The notes beneath the pieces were generated by a model, which saw nothing but the letters and a program-made list of their open reading frames with translations, was not told the DNA's origin and did not search any database. A program made the position numbers and the translations under genes. A DNA stretch of 59,943 nt. Source: Dethiosulfovibrio faecalis (GTDB lineage: Bacteria > Synergistota > Synergistia > Synergistales > Dethiosulfovibrionaceae). Location of the stretch: positions 1 through 59,943 of the forward strand of contig NZ_JAKGUE010000015.1 of assembly GCF_021568795.1 (NCBI RefSeq), read 5' to 3'. This document shows positions 10,270 to 19,921 of this stretch, one piece after another (within the stretch, counting starts at the first letter, position 1; every line of letters starts with the position of its first letter).

Positions 10270-11299
10270 CCGAACCGCCCCTTTCCCTGAATATGGCCAG
10301 CAGATCGGCCAGAAGCGCCTGGCCGGTCTCCTCTCTTCCAGCCCCGGGACCCACTATAGTGACGTCCTTGAGGTTGTCGGTCTCGTAGGTGATGGCGTTG
10401 GTGGCTCCCATGACTCCGGCCAGAGGGTGATTCAACGAAAGCTCCATAGGAGACACGGAGGCTATCACATTCCGCCCCCTACGCTCGACCTGTGCTATAA
10501 GCTTTATCCGATTTCCTCTCTCCAGGGCGGCAAGCACGTCGTCTCGAGATATCTCCGATATCCCACGCCTTTCGACCTGGTCCAAAGATATAGGTTCTCC
10601 CATTATGACCGACGCTATTATCTGGGCTTTTACCGCCGCATCCCATCCGTCGACGTCGCCGGACGGATCGGCCTCTGCATATCCCCTGTCCTGAGCCTCC
10701 GAGAGGGCATCCTCATATCCCATGCCCTCCTCCATCCTGGTCAGGATGTAGTTGGTCGTACCGTTCACTATACCCTGAACCTTAACGACATCGCAACCTG
10801 CCATGGCCTCCATCGCCAGGTTTATGGACGGAGTTCCGCTGAGAAGGGCTCCCTCGAAACGGTAGGCCACCCCGTGTCCGGCGGCAAGGTCTGTCAACTC
10901 AGGCAGAGCAACCGATACCGGCCCCTTGCTGGAGCTGACCACGTGTTTCCCCGATTCGATGGCCTTCTTTATTATTGAGAGCCCCGGCTCCCCAGTGACC
11001 AGATCGGTAGGAGTGGTATCCACCACCACCGATACCTCGTCGCCCTTGAGGATCTCGTCGAGAGTGGCGGGAAGGGCGGATACCCCGGACAGGTCTTCGA
11101 GGTTAACCATGGAATCGAGAACGGCCTCCAGGTCCAGCCCGGAGGGATCCCACAGGGTCCCCTTCGATCCGGTTACCACGGCCTTTACGACCGGGATTAT
11201 TCCGTATCTGGTGGTCAGTAGATCCCTCTTTCTGATCAATATTCTGGCGAACCCCTGGGCTACGTTTCCAAAACCGACCAAAGCTATTCCCAACTCCAT
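10250..11299 (-). CDS. hom: Homoserine dehydrogenase
   Basis: N-terminal Rossmann segment (VGFGNVAQG) and a C-terminal catalytic region (GPGAGREETGQALLADL) typical of Hom. Confidence 0.8.
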   Translation of the reverse strand: MELGIALVGFGNVAQGFARILIRKRDLLTTRYGIIPVVKAVVTGSKGTLWDPSGLDLEAVLDSMVNLEDLSGVSALPATLDEILKGDEVSVVVDTTPTDLVTGEPGLSIIKKAIESGKHVVSSSKGPVSVALPELTDLAAGHGVAYRFEGALLSGTPSINLAMEAMAGCDVVKVQGIVNGTTNYILTRMEEGMGYEDALSEAQDRGYAEADPSGDVDGWDAAVKAQIIASVIMGEPISLDQVERRGISEISRDDVLAALERGNRIKLIAQVERRGRNVIASVSPMELSLNHPLAGVMGATNAITYETDNLKDVTIVGPGAGREETGQALLADLLAIFRERGGSVVRRSA

Positions 11300-11313
11300 G
11301 CTAATCCTCCTTT

Positions 11314-12318
11314 CTACGCCAAAAGCTCGGCGATCTGAACGGCGTTCAACGCCGCACCCTTTCGTATGTTATCCGATGCGACCCAGATATCCAGACCGTT
11401 CTCCAGAGAGAGGCTCTCCCTTATCCTGCCCACATAAACCGGATCGGTCCCGGCTGCATCGGTGGCCAGAGGGTAGATAGAGGAGGACGGATCGTCCTTC
11501 AGAACTATTCCCGGGGCATCGACCAGTATCGCTCGGGCCTCGGAGGGAGAGATCTTTCTCTCGAACTGGGCCGTTATGGAAAGGGAATGGCCTCTCATCA
11601 CCGGAACCCTGGTGCAAGTACAATCGACCTTAAGTTCCGGAGCCCCCATTATTTTCCTGGATTCGTTGACCATCTTCCATTCTTCGTCGGTGTAGCCCTG
11701 ATCGTCGAAGCTTCCTACCTGGGGAACTGCGCCGAAGGCTATCCTGTGGGGGTAGACGGAGGCCCTTTCGTCCGCTGCCTCGACGTTTCCGTCGAGAACC
11801 ATCCTGCTCTCGTCCTCCAGCTCCACCAGGGCCTTCCATCCCGAGCCAGACACCGACTGCAACGTCGTAACTATCATCCTGCTTAATCCGGCCTCTTTAT
11901 GGAGCGGGTATAAGGCCATCACCCCGTGTATGGTAGAACAGTTCGGATTGGCGATTATGCCCTTGGGACGGTCCTCCACGGCCTTTTTGTTTATCTCCGG
12001 GACTACCAGGGGAACCTGGGGATCCATGCGCCAGGCGGAGCTGTTGTCCACTACGACCGCCCCCATATCGGCTGCCACAGGAGCCCATTTTCTCGAAGCG
12101 TCTCCTCCGGCGGAGAAAATGGCCACGTCTACCCCTTTGAATCCCTCGGGCGAGACAGCCTGAACTTCCCAATCCCGACCGTCAAATCTCACCTTGGTCC
12201 CGGCCGACCTAGGAGAGGCAAGAGGCCTGAAGTCATCCACCGGGAAGCCTCTGGCCTCCAGTGTGGCGGTCATCTCCTTCCCGACCAGTCCGGTCGCTCC
12301 CAAAACAGCTACGCGCAT
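11314..12318 (-). CDS. asd: Aspartate-semialdehyde dehydrogenase
   Basis: VAVLGATGLVG Rossmann motif; active-site Cys in NCSTI. Confidence 0.9.
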   Translation of the reverse strand: MRVAVLGATGLVGKEMTATLEARGFPVDDFRPLASPRSAGTKVRFDGRDWEVQAVSPEGFKGVDVAIFSAGGDASRKWAPVAADMGAVVVDNSSAWRMDPQVPLVVPEINKKAVEDRPKGIIANPNCSTIHGVMALYPLHKEAGLSRMIVTTLQSVSGSGWKALVELEDESRMVLDGNVEAADERASVYPHRIAFGAVPQVGSFDDQGYTDEEWKMVNESRKIMGAPELKVDCTCTRVPVMRGHSLSITAQFERKISPSEARAILVDAPGIVLKDDPSSSIYPLATDAAGTDPVYVGRIRESLSLENGLDIWVASDNIRKGAALNAVQIAELLA

Positions 12319-13511
12319 AGTACGAACCCTCCCTCTAAGAATCGTCCGTGAAGCGCACGGACAGTCTCCTTTCCATCGGAAGCCTTTACGACGCAGGTGA
12401 CCGACATGGCCGATGGCAAAAGCATCTCCACCTCGACACCGATCTCATCCAAAACCGACAATATCTGAGAGGAGACCTCCGGATGGTTTGCAAGCCCGGC
12501 ACCGACTATGGACACCCTGGAAAGCCCCTCCTCCCAACGCAGTCCCGAGACTTTAAGCTCGCCGCAGATCCTGAGGGTTTCCTCGAGCCTGCTCCTCCTT
12601 ATGAGGAAGATGGCCCTTCCGTCCTGAACAACCAGCTGAGCCACTATGCCTTTTTCGGATAGTCTGCGGGCGACGTTACACGGATCGCAACAACCGTCGA
12701 AAGCGACCCTGGCTGCGTCATCGTCCTGGGATACGGCCCTCACTGCGGCTTTTTCCTCTATGCAATCCCTCATGATCCAGGTCCCTTCCTTTCCCTCGTC
12801 GAAACTGGAGGCGACACACACGTTTATGCCGCTTCTTATAGCCATCTCCACGCTTCTCGCCTGGAGAACCTTGGCTCCAGCCACGGTCATCTCCAGACAT
12901 TCATCCCAGGAGAGGTTGTCCAGCTTGTAAGCTTTTTCCACGACTCTGGGATCGGCAGTGTATATTCCATCCACGTCGGTGAATATGTAACAATTTTCGG
13001 CATCCAGTGCCGCCGCGAGGGCTATGGCTGAGAGGTCCGACCCTCCCCGTCCCAGAGTTATAACGTCTCCGTCTTCGTCTATTCCCTGGAATCCCGCCAC
13101 CACGGCGACCACGTTTCGATCCATACAGGAGACGACCCTGCGAGGATCCACGGACTTGATACGACCCTCGCCATGGCGGCCGAAGGCCATAAAGCCGGCC
13201 TGCGATCCGGAGAAGGATCTGCTCTCTATGCCAAGGTTACTCAAGGCCATGCTCAACAGGGCTATGGACTGCTGTTCCCCGGTAGCCAAAAGCTGATCCA
13301 GCTCCCTTGGACAGGGCCCGTCGGGAGCGACTGAACGAGCGAGCTCGAGCAACCTGTCGGTGGTGTCTCCCATGGCCGACACGACTACCGCGACCTTGCA
13401 ACCTCTCTCCAGAAATCCAGAAATCCTCTCCGAAACGGCCCGTATCTTCTCCGCCGAGCCGACGGAACTTCCTCCGAATTTCAGTACGACCCTTTGGCCA
13501 TCCCTTTCCAT
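12309..13511 (-). CDS. lysC: Aspartate kinase
   Basis: VVLKFGGSSVGS kinase motif; C-terminal ACT-like region. Confidence 0.9.
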   Translation of the reverse strand: MERDGQRVVLKFGGSSVGSAEKIRAVSERISGFLERGCKVAVVVSAMGDTTDRLLELARSVAPDGPCPRELDQLLATGEQQSIALLSMALSNLGIESRSFSGSQAGFMAFGRHGEGRIKSVDPRRVVSCMDRNVVAVVAGFQGIDEDGDVITLGRGGSDLSAIALAAALDAENCYIFTDVDGIYTADPRVVEKAYKLDNLSWDECLEMTVAGAKVLQARSVEMAIRSGINVCVASSFDEGKEGTWIMRDCIEEKAAVRAVSQDDDAARVAFDGCCDPCNVARRLSEKGIVAQLVVQDGRAIFLIRRSRLEETLRICGELKVSGLRWEEGLSRVSIVGAGLANHPEVSSQILSVLDEIGVEVEMLLPSAMSVTCVVKASDGKETVRALHGRFLEGGFVLCA

Positions 13512-13525
13512 AACTAGTTCCCGTC

Positions 13526-14776
13526 CTAATCGTGCAGCAAAGGGGCCGCTACGAAGGCTAGTCCCCGTTCCGTCAGGGCCCTGGCAGTATGGTTGACCGC
13601 ATCGTGCTTCGAGAGATAGTCCCTCTCCAGCTTGTCCATCAGCCCCTTTTCGAGGATCTCTGCTTTAGATATGAAATAATCGGTTATCGAGGAGGGATCG
13701 GACAAATTGCCCTCTACCTCGGGATCGCCTCCTTCGTGTTTGGCCGATATGTTGGGAATCGACTCGGCCAATTCCAAAAGGTCGTCCCTTCGGCAGTAAG
13801 GCTGTCTGACTATATGTCTCCAAGGCTCGGTTATGTGATGTTCTATCCTCACTGCTTTCTCGAGCCCCAAGGCCTTTCGGATTTCGGCCACCGCCCTGAC
13901 GGTCTCGACGTCACAGGAGTTGGAGAGGTTCAATCCTACCAGAGGGGTCGAACCGTCCTCTCTGGAGAGGAGCTTGGCCATCATGAGGGTCCATAGGACG
14001 GAAGCGGGGTTGTCGTTGCCCATGAACACGGATATCTTGAACTCTACATCGACTCCCAGGCGATGAAGAAGGCATCCAAGGAGGACTGTTCCGGGGTTCA
14101 CGTTTAGCACCTGCTTCACCCCGTATTCGGTGTAGTAATGCAGAAACTCGTCTACCCATCGATAACAGTGGTCGTTCGGCTGACCTATCCCGCCGAAATA
14201 GCCCGTTATGGTATCGGGACCTCCGAGATGTACGTTGGATCCGTCGGTCCCTCTGGTGTCCAGAGACTCGACGAGGCTAGCCCCCATGATCTTCATGGAG
14301 GCGGCCACGGCCAATAGATCGCCGTCGTCTTCGACCTGCTCAGCCATGTTTCTGACCCTGATGAACCTGCCAGGCATGAGTTCCTTTCGGGATATGGCCC
14401 TTTCGGCCTCTGCTATGAGCCAGGGAAAGAACTGGAGCGCGCTTATCTCGAGCGTAACGGCACGACTGGAATCAACGGAGGCGTCTTTGTTCTCCAAGAT
14501 CGATTTACGGTACTCTCTAACCGAGACGAAGTCTCCCGCGTTTCGTCTTTCCTCTAACCATCTGACGTCTTTCAGATAGGGGGACCCCTCTTCCTCGAGA
14601 CGTTTCATCAGGCTCTCCAGCTTTCCCGCCTCTTTCGCTTTTTCGTTGATTTCCTCGGGAGTTCCGTAGGAAGACATCACTTCCATGAGCCTGGACACCA
14701 CGGGATTGGAGGGATCGGACAGATACCGCAGGGCTCCGTCGTTATCGAAACAGAGACGTTCTCTCAATGAAATCAC
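13526..14776 (-). CDS. Conserved hypothetical protein, first gene of the lysC-asd-hom operon
   Basis: 416 aa with no recognisable motif. Apparent GTG/TTG start. Separated from lysC by 14 nt. Confidence 0.5.
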   Translation of the reverse strand: MISLRERLCFDNDGALRYLSDPSNPVVSRLMEVMSSYGTPEEINEKAKEAGKLESLMKRLEEEGSPYLKDVRWLEERRNAGDFVSVREYRKSILENKDASVDSSRAVTLEISALQFFPWLIAEAERAISRKELMPGRFIRVRNMAEQVEDDGDLLAVAASMKIMGASLVESLDTRGTDGSNVHLGGPDTITGYFGGIGQPNDHCYRWVDEFLHYYTEYGVKQVLNVNPGTVLLGCLLHRLGVDVEFKISVFMGNDNPASVLWTLMMAKLLSREDGSTPLVGLNLSNSCDVETVRAVAEIRKALGLEKAVRIEHHITEPWRHIVRQPYCRRDDLLELAESIPNISAKHEGGDPEVEGNLSDPSSITDYFISKAEILEKGLMDKLERDYLSKHDAVNHTARALTERGLAFVAAPLLHD

Positions 14777-14805
14777 ACTCCTGACTTTCTCGTTGGATGA
14801 GGATA

Positions 14806-14842
14806 CAAAAAAACCGGGTCCACCTCTTTTAGGCAGACCCGG
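14806..14842 (-). terminator. Rho-independent terminator (possible attenuator) after the acidic-protein gene, in the leader of the X-lysC-asd-hom operon
   Basis: Minus strand reads ACCGGGTC-15 nt-GACCCGGT followed by TTTTTTT. Confidence 0.6.
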
Positions 14843-15051
14843 TCAGAATGAGCTTTCTGGTGCGTACGTGCAGCTACGCGCCGACTCCTCTGGAAGGGTC
14901 GCCGAACTTAGTAGTGCACATCATAGTGGTTCCAAGGACGAAAAACTTGAAGTTCACGACGAGTTACCTCCCGGGAGAAGAATTTCCGCTTAATGCAGAT
15001 GTTGACGAGGATAATACATCAGCTATCCTGTAATGTCAACCCCCATATGAG

Positions 15052-15546
15052 CTAAGCTATTACGAAGTCCTCGAAATCACGGTAGACGTCGTAGTCCTCC
15101 AGCTTCTCCACCAGTATGAGCTGATCCATCCCCTCCTCCTCGGCTACCTCGTACACCACCATCTCGTCGTCGGTGTAGTCGGCGACTAGGCAGAATCCGC
15201 CACGCTCCTTCAGATCCCTGAAGAGGGACAGCAGCTCTTCCATCTCTATCAGGCGGATGAAGAACAGGTCGTAATCGTCGTCGTCCTGCACGGAGAGCCC
15301 CTCGCCCTGAAAGTAACGGTCCATCCGTTTCCGCAATCTCTCCGTCATATCGTCGTCCACGAAGATTCCTGTAGGGCCTCCGTCGGGATCCTCCTCGAAA
15401 CTCCCCACCTTGACTCCGTCGAGATAGAGATCGCCTCTGTAGACAGGGTCGTCCTCTCCCGTCACCGATACCATGTCCCTTATCTGAACTCCATGTATCT
15501 CGGCATGTTCCAAAGACACGACCACATCACTCCTCGAATTCGTCAA
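15052..15546 (-). CDS. Highly acidic hypothetical protein
   Basis: 164 aa with many D/E runs (DDDDYDLFF, EEEGMDQLILVEKLEDYDVYRDFEDF). Confidence 0.5.
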   Translation of the reverse strand: MTNSRSDVVVSLEHAEIHGVQIRDMVSVTGEDDPVYRGDLYLDGVKVGSFEEDPDGGPTGIFVDDDMTERLRKRMDRYFQGEGLSVQDDDDYDLFFIRLIEMEELLSLFRDLKERGGFCLVADYTDDEMVVYEVAEEEGMDQLILVEKLEDYDVYRDFEDFVIA

Positions 15547-15883
15547 GATGGTGAAGCTGGTACTCGGTGGATATCTGCTGGACCACTATCCGCCCGGTTC
15601 CACCGCAATCCTGACAGGGACGGCTGTCGTCGGGACCGTATATGAAGGCCCCAAGACCGGCGCAGCTTTTACACACCCGGATCTTCATAGTCTCTCTGTC
15701 GAACGTCAGGTTTTCGTTCAACTCGTCCAGGGCGAATTCGTCTTTAAGCACCTTCATCACGACTCGGCCTGATCCGCTGCACTCGGGACATCCGAACTTC
15801 TCGCCGCTTTTCCCTATGGCGAAACCGAGTCCTTTGCATTTTTTGCACAGCTTGACCTTCATTGTCTCCGGATCGTACTTCAT
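15527..15883 (-). CDS. Stand-alone DnaJ-type zinc-finger protein (4 x CxxCxGxG)
   Basis: CKKCKGLG, CPECSGSG, CKSCAGLG and CQDCGGTG, arranged as an internal tandem duplication (MKVKLCKKC... / MKIRVCKSC...). Confidence 0.6.
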   Translation of the reverse strand: MKYDPETMKVKLCKKCKGLGFAIGKSGEKFGCPECSGSGRVVMKVLKDEFALDELNENLTFDRETMKIRVCKSCAGLGAFIYGPDDSRPCQDCGGTGRIVVQQISTEYQLHHLDEFEE

Positions 15884-15889
15884 CTTTAT

Positions 15890-17344
15890 CTACTCCTTAT
15901 CTATCGTACGGCGAAACAGAAAGAAAGTCGCCCTATCGAGACCATCGGGCTCCATGACCGCCCTTTCCCAGGGGGCTATAAGAAACCCGACGTCCTCCAT
16001 TATCTCCCAAACCGGTTCCATGCCGGAGAGCCTGGCTAGATCCCTATATATCTCCACCGTATTCGAGAGAGCTCGAAGGTCCAATGCGAGTACGTGAGGC
16101 GAGGCTTTGCCTGCCGCCTCGGCCAGAGATTTCGGAACATCCGGGCTATCGTTCAGGCTATCGGGGCGCATGAGACCCACCACAAGGCCTTCGTCTCCAT
16201 ATGCCATCACCGCAGTGACTGGCATGTCCAGGGCCAATCCCCCCTCCCATCCAGAAAGATCGAACCTCCTTACCCCGAAAGGCAGAGGAAGAGGTCTTGT
16301 TATATCCACCAGTTTTCTCCCAAGTCCGTTCGAGACCCCCTCCAGGAGAAGGTAGAATCCGGGAAAATCGCCCAGAATTCCACCGGCGGCGACTCCTATA
16401 GACAAAGAGACACGCCCGTCCAATATACCCAGCAGGTCGTCCTCGTCGAGTCCTATGGATCTGGCATCGCCCAACACCGGCCCCAACTCGTCGCGGACCT
16501 CTCCGCCTAGTTTTGACGTCATATCTCCGAACGAACCGGTCCAGGACATGAGACCTACCATCTTCCCCTCTCCATAAATAGGGACCGGAGCCATAGCCGC
16601 CAACTCGTCTCGCCTCTTTTGGGACAACAGCATGTCCGCCCAGTCGCTCCAACAGGAGAGGACCACCTTTTCGTCGTCCATGGAGAGCCCCCACTCCAGA
16701 GAGACTCGTTCGTCCGACGACACCTTCCCAGAGAGGACCATCAGATTCGTCGGGATCTGCACCCTGAGCCAATCGTCTCCCTCGGTCTTTCTGTTCGAGG
16801 CATATCTCCTCTCAGAGACCATCGTGGCCAATCTATCGGGATCTTCGGCAATCAGTACGGCCGATCCCTCTCCCCATAGAGCAAGGGACATGCTTCCGAC
16901 CTGTCCCTCCAGAGAGAAGATAGGCTTAAGGCTTTTCGGGAGGGTTACGTCGAGTGACCTCACAGCTATTCCCCTGCCCTCGGCCCAGGATATCACGGAG
17001 GAAAGGACCGATTCGGCCCTGGATGGATCGGCTATCTCGACCGCTCCGTGAAAGGAACTACGATCTATTCCCATTCCCGAGAGGGAAACTCGAAAGGCCC
17101 CTCTTCCCAAAATCCCTTCGTGCTTTTTTAAAAGAGACTCGATCCCCGATCCTCCCGTGACGACATCGAACTCGGAGAGCCAGGCGGCAGCCACGTCGGA
17201 TCTCTCTACGTGAAGCTCGACGAAGCCTCCTTTGTCGGGACACAGAAAAACACCGGGATCGAGGGCAGGTCCGGCTAAAAAGAAGAAGGCCGCTCCGACC
17301 GAAAGGGAAACGGCAAGCCCGATCCAGAGTATCGATTTCCTCAC
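15890..17344 (-). CDS. Secreted/membrane-anchored hypothetical protein
   Basis: N-terminal signal/anchor MRKSILWIGLAVSLSVGAAFFFLA; 484 aa; no catalytic motif recognised. Confidence 0.5.
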   Translation of the reverse strand: MRKSILWIGLAVSLSVGAAFFFLAGPALDPGVFLCPDKGGFVELHVERSDVAAAWLSEFDVVTGGSGIESLLKKHEGILGRGAFRVSLSGMGIDRSSFHGAVEIADPSRAESVLSSVISWAEGRGIAVRSLDVTLPKSLKPIFSLEGQVGSMSLALWGEGSAVLIAEDPDRLATMVSERRYASNRKTEGDDWLRVQIPTNLMVLSGKVSSDERVSLEWGLSMDDEKVVLSCWSDWADMLLSQKRRDELAAMAPVPIYGEGKMVGLMSWTGSFGDMTSKLGGEVRDELGPVLGDARSIGLDEDDLLGILDGRVSLSIGVAAGGILGDFPGFYLLLEGVSNGLGRKLVDITRPLPLPFGVRRFDLSGWEGGLALDMPVTAVMAYGDEGLVVGLMRPDSLNDSPDVPKSLAEAAGKASPHVLALDLRALSNTVEIYRDLARLSGMEPVWEIMEDVGFLIAPWERAVMEPDGLDRATFFLFRRTIDKE

Positions 17345-17442
17345 AAAAGCTCAACTCCTAACGTCCCGTCTCCATGTATGATAACATCTCAAGGTCCGTT
17401 CCAAGACCTATGGAACGATACCACAGAGAGAGGAGTTCTGCC

Positions 17443-18438
17443 ATGTTCATCCTAGTCGTAGGATCGACGGATATAAGCAAAATACCGGGAATCTCCGCAG
17501 CGGGGGCGAATCTAAATGTACTTCCCTACACCGCCCCGGCCGACGCCGACATGATCTGGTGGGGAAGACCAAGAGTGGTGGATTGGGTACCTCTGGACCC
17601 TCAGGGACACCCGACCCCGGCCATAATAACCAGGGCCGCCAGGATCGAGAGCGATTTTCCCGTGACGTTGGTGAAGGCCGGCACGTCGGTGGCCCCCAAG
17701 GCCCCTTATGTGGAGACCGGCGCAAGCCCGGGGTTGAACCCCGGCGAGACCACTTCACTGCCTGACGGGGACGAGCTGTTTCAAAGAGGCCGGGAACTGG
17801 CCCGTTCCCTATCCGCCGACAACGCCCCCCTGGTGATAGGCGAATCTGTGCCGGGAGGAACCACGACGGCTTCTCTGGTCCTGGAAGCCCTGGGATACAG
17901 GGGGATGGTCTCCTCCGCAGGCCCTGAAAACCCGACCGATCTCAAGCGCCGTCTGAGAGACGAGGCTTTTTCGAGGTTGGGGATAGAGCGAGGAGGATTG
18001 GCGGAGAGAGGACTTATAGCCCTGAAGGAATTAGGCGACCCTATGCAGCCCATCGTGGCAGGGTTGGTATCGGGGGCCCCTAGGGAAAAGGAGATCGTGC
18101 TGGCAGGGGGAACCCAGATGTTGGCCGTCGCGGCGGCGGCAAGACACATGGGGATATCCAGGCCTATCACTGTGGCCACCACCTGCTACGTGACAAGAGA
18201 TGAAAGCGCAGACTTCAAAGGTCTGGCCGAGGCGATAGGAGTGAATACATGGTCGGCACCTCTGGATTTCTCCGATTCGCCCTGGACGGGATTGAGCGAC
18301 TACGAAAAGGGATACGTCAAGGAAGGAGCGGGGGCTGGCGGCGCCGTTTGGTACGCCGAGAGACTCGGGATCTCCTCCTCTCAGGTGATATCCTCGACGG
18401 AAAAACTCTACGGCGCTATGGTCGAAACGAATGCATAA
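17443..18438 (+). CDS. CobT-like nicotinate-nucleotide:dimethylbenzimidazole phosphoribosyltransferase family protein (archaeal-type/UPF0284-like)
   Basis: IPGISAAGAN motif as I recall it for this family. Start chosen at MFILVVG, which has a GAGAGGAG RBS. The ORF track allows 17374. Confidence 0.45.
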   Translation: MFILVVGSTDISKIPGISAAGANLNVLPYTAPADADMIWWGRPRVVDWVPLDPQGHPTPAIITRAARIESDFPVTLVKAGTSVAPKAPYVETGASPGLNPGETTSLPDGDELFQRGRELARSLSADNAPLVIGESVPGGTTTASLVLEALGYRGMVSSAGPENPTDLKRRLRDEAFSRLGIERGGLAERGLIALKELGDPMQPIVAGLVSGAPREKEIVLAGGTQMLAVAAAARHMGISRPITVATTCYVTRDESADFKGLAEAIGVNTWSAPLDFSDSPWTGLSDYEKGYVKEGAGAGGAVWYAERLGISSSQVISSTEKLYGAMVETNA

Positions 18439-18495
18439 AAAGGATATAATGGATCTCGGAAGGCTATATTAACAAGAAGAGGAGAGAAAGACATC

Positions 18496-19881
18496 ATGAG
18501 ATACGACGCCATCATCGTCGGATCCGGTCCCGCTGGGATATTCGCGGCCCTGGAGCTGGTGAAGGCCGACAAAAAGGTCCTCATTCTGGACAAGGGGAAG
18601 CTCATAAAGGAGAGGATCTGCCCGATCATAGCCGGCAAGGCCACCTCCTGCATAAACTGCCCCAGCTGTAGCGTCGTCTCCGGCTGGGGGGGAGCCGGTT
18701 CCGCATCGGACGGCAAGCTTACCATAACCACCGGATTCGGAGGGAACCTGGAGGAATACATCGGCGAATCCGCCCTGATAGAGCTTATAGAGTCTGTAGA
18801 CTCCACCTTCGTGGAACACGGCGCCGATCCCAACTACTACGAGCCTAAGGGCGACATGGTCAAGGACACCATCAGAAGAGCCGCCAGCGTAGGCATAAAG
18901 GTGCTTCCCGCTAAGATACGCCATATCGGAACGGACGCCTCCCGAGAGGTTTTAGACAACATGTATAAAACCCTCAAGGACCGATGCGACATAATGATGA
19001 ACACCTTCGTGGAAGACATCGTCGTTGAGAACGGAGAGGCGAAGGGAGTGATCCTGAAAGACGGCACGAGGTACGAAGCCGACACAATCATAGCCACCCC
19101 CGGGCGGGACGGAGCCTCCTGGCTGGAGAAGGTAGTTCGCAGGCTGGAGCTTCCTATAGCGTCCATGCCGGTGGACATAGGGGTAAGGGTGGAGGTCCCC
19201 GACAGCGTGTGTCAGGACCTGACCGAACACTTCTACGAGGTGAAGTGCCTCTACAACACTCCGACCTTCGACGATCGCTGCCGTACATTCTGCATGAATC
19301 CGTCGGGCTACGTGGTGTCGGAGTACAACAAGGGACACGACCTCGTTACAGTGAACGGACACAGCCTTAAAAACACCAAGTCGAACAACACCAACTTCTC
19401 CATCCTGGTGACTAAAAACTTCACCCATCCGTTCCAGGATCCCATAGGCTACGCCACCCATATAGCCAGACTGGCGAATATGCTGGCTGGAGGGGGAATC
19501 TTGGTCCAGAGACTGGGCGACCTTAAGGACGGCAGAAGGTCCACCACATCCAGGATCGAGAGAGGCATGATCGAGCAGACCGGATCGGCCGAACCGGGAG
19601 ATCTGAGCCTGGTGCTCCCTCACAGGCACATGACCGACATAGTGGAATTTCTGGACGCACTGAACGTCATAATGCCGGGGGTCAACCAAAACGACACTCT
19701 CCTGTACGGAGTCGAGATAAAGCTCTACTCCCTGAGGGTACAGCTCAAGGACTCCCTGGAGGTCCCGACGGTGAAAAAACTGTTCATGGCCGGGGACGGA
19801 GCGGGGGTAAGTCGAGGAATAATACAGGCCGCCGCCAGCGGCGTAGTGGCCGCCCGATCGGCGATAAAAATCATGGGATGA
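18496..19881 (+). CDS. FAD-dependent oxidoreductase (COG2509-type uncharacterised flavoprotein)
   Basis: YDAIIVGSGPAGIFAAL dinucleotide-binding motif; CINCPSC Cys pair. Confidence 0.75.
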   Translation: MRYDAIIVGSGPAGIFAALELVKADKKVLILDKGKLIKERICPIIAGKATSCINCPSCSVVSGWGGAGSASDGKLTITTGFGGNLEEYIGESALIELIESVDSTFVEHGADPNYYEPKGDMVKDTIRRAASVGIKVLPAKIRHIGTDASREVLDNMYKTLKDRCDIMMNTFVEDIVVENGEAKGVILKDGTRYEADTIIATPGRDGASWLEKVVRRLELPIASMPVDIGVRVEVPDSVCQDLTEHFYEVKCLYNTPTFDDRCRTFCMNPSGYVVSEYNKGHDLVTVNGHSLKNTKSNNTNFSILVTKNFTHPFQDPIGYATHIARLANMLAGGGILVQRLGDLKDGRRSTTSRIERGMIEQTGSAEPGDLSLVLPHRHMTDIVEFLDALNVIMPGVNQNDTLLYGVEIKLYSLRVQLKDSLEVPTVKKLFMAGDGAGVSRGIIQAAASGVVAARSAIKIMG

Positions 19882-19884
19882 AGG

Positions 19885-19919
19885 AAAAGAGGAGGTCCTT
19901 GAAGGACCTCCTCTTTTCC
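19885..19919. terminator. Bidirectional rho-independent terminator between the convergent flavoprotein and tsaA-like genes
   Basis: AAGAGGAGGTCC-ttgaa-GGACCTCCTCTT flanked by A- and T-runs. Confidence 0.65.
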
Positions 19920-19921
19920 TC

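Noticed and set aside
14848-15033. 61-aa plus-strand ORF in the lysC-operon leader region.
   Set aside because: No RBS and compositionally atypical. It lies in a region better explained as a leader or terminator.
14777-15051. Possible lysine (L-box) riboswitch in the leader of the lysC operon. The minus strand contains GTGAACTTCAAG, which resembles the L-box P1 region, and GTTCGGCGAC.
   Set aside because: The second element is in the wrong orientation relative to the first, and other L-box hallmarks (AGAGGUGC, UGUCA, GAGGGCUAUC) are absent. Only the terminator-like hairpin is retained as a feature. A covariance-model scan would be needed to settle this.
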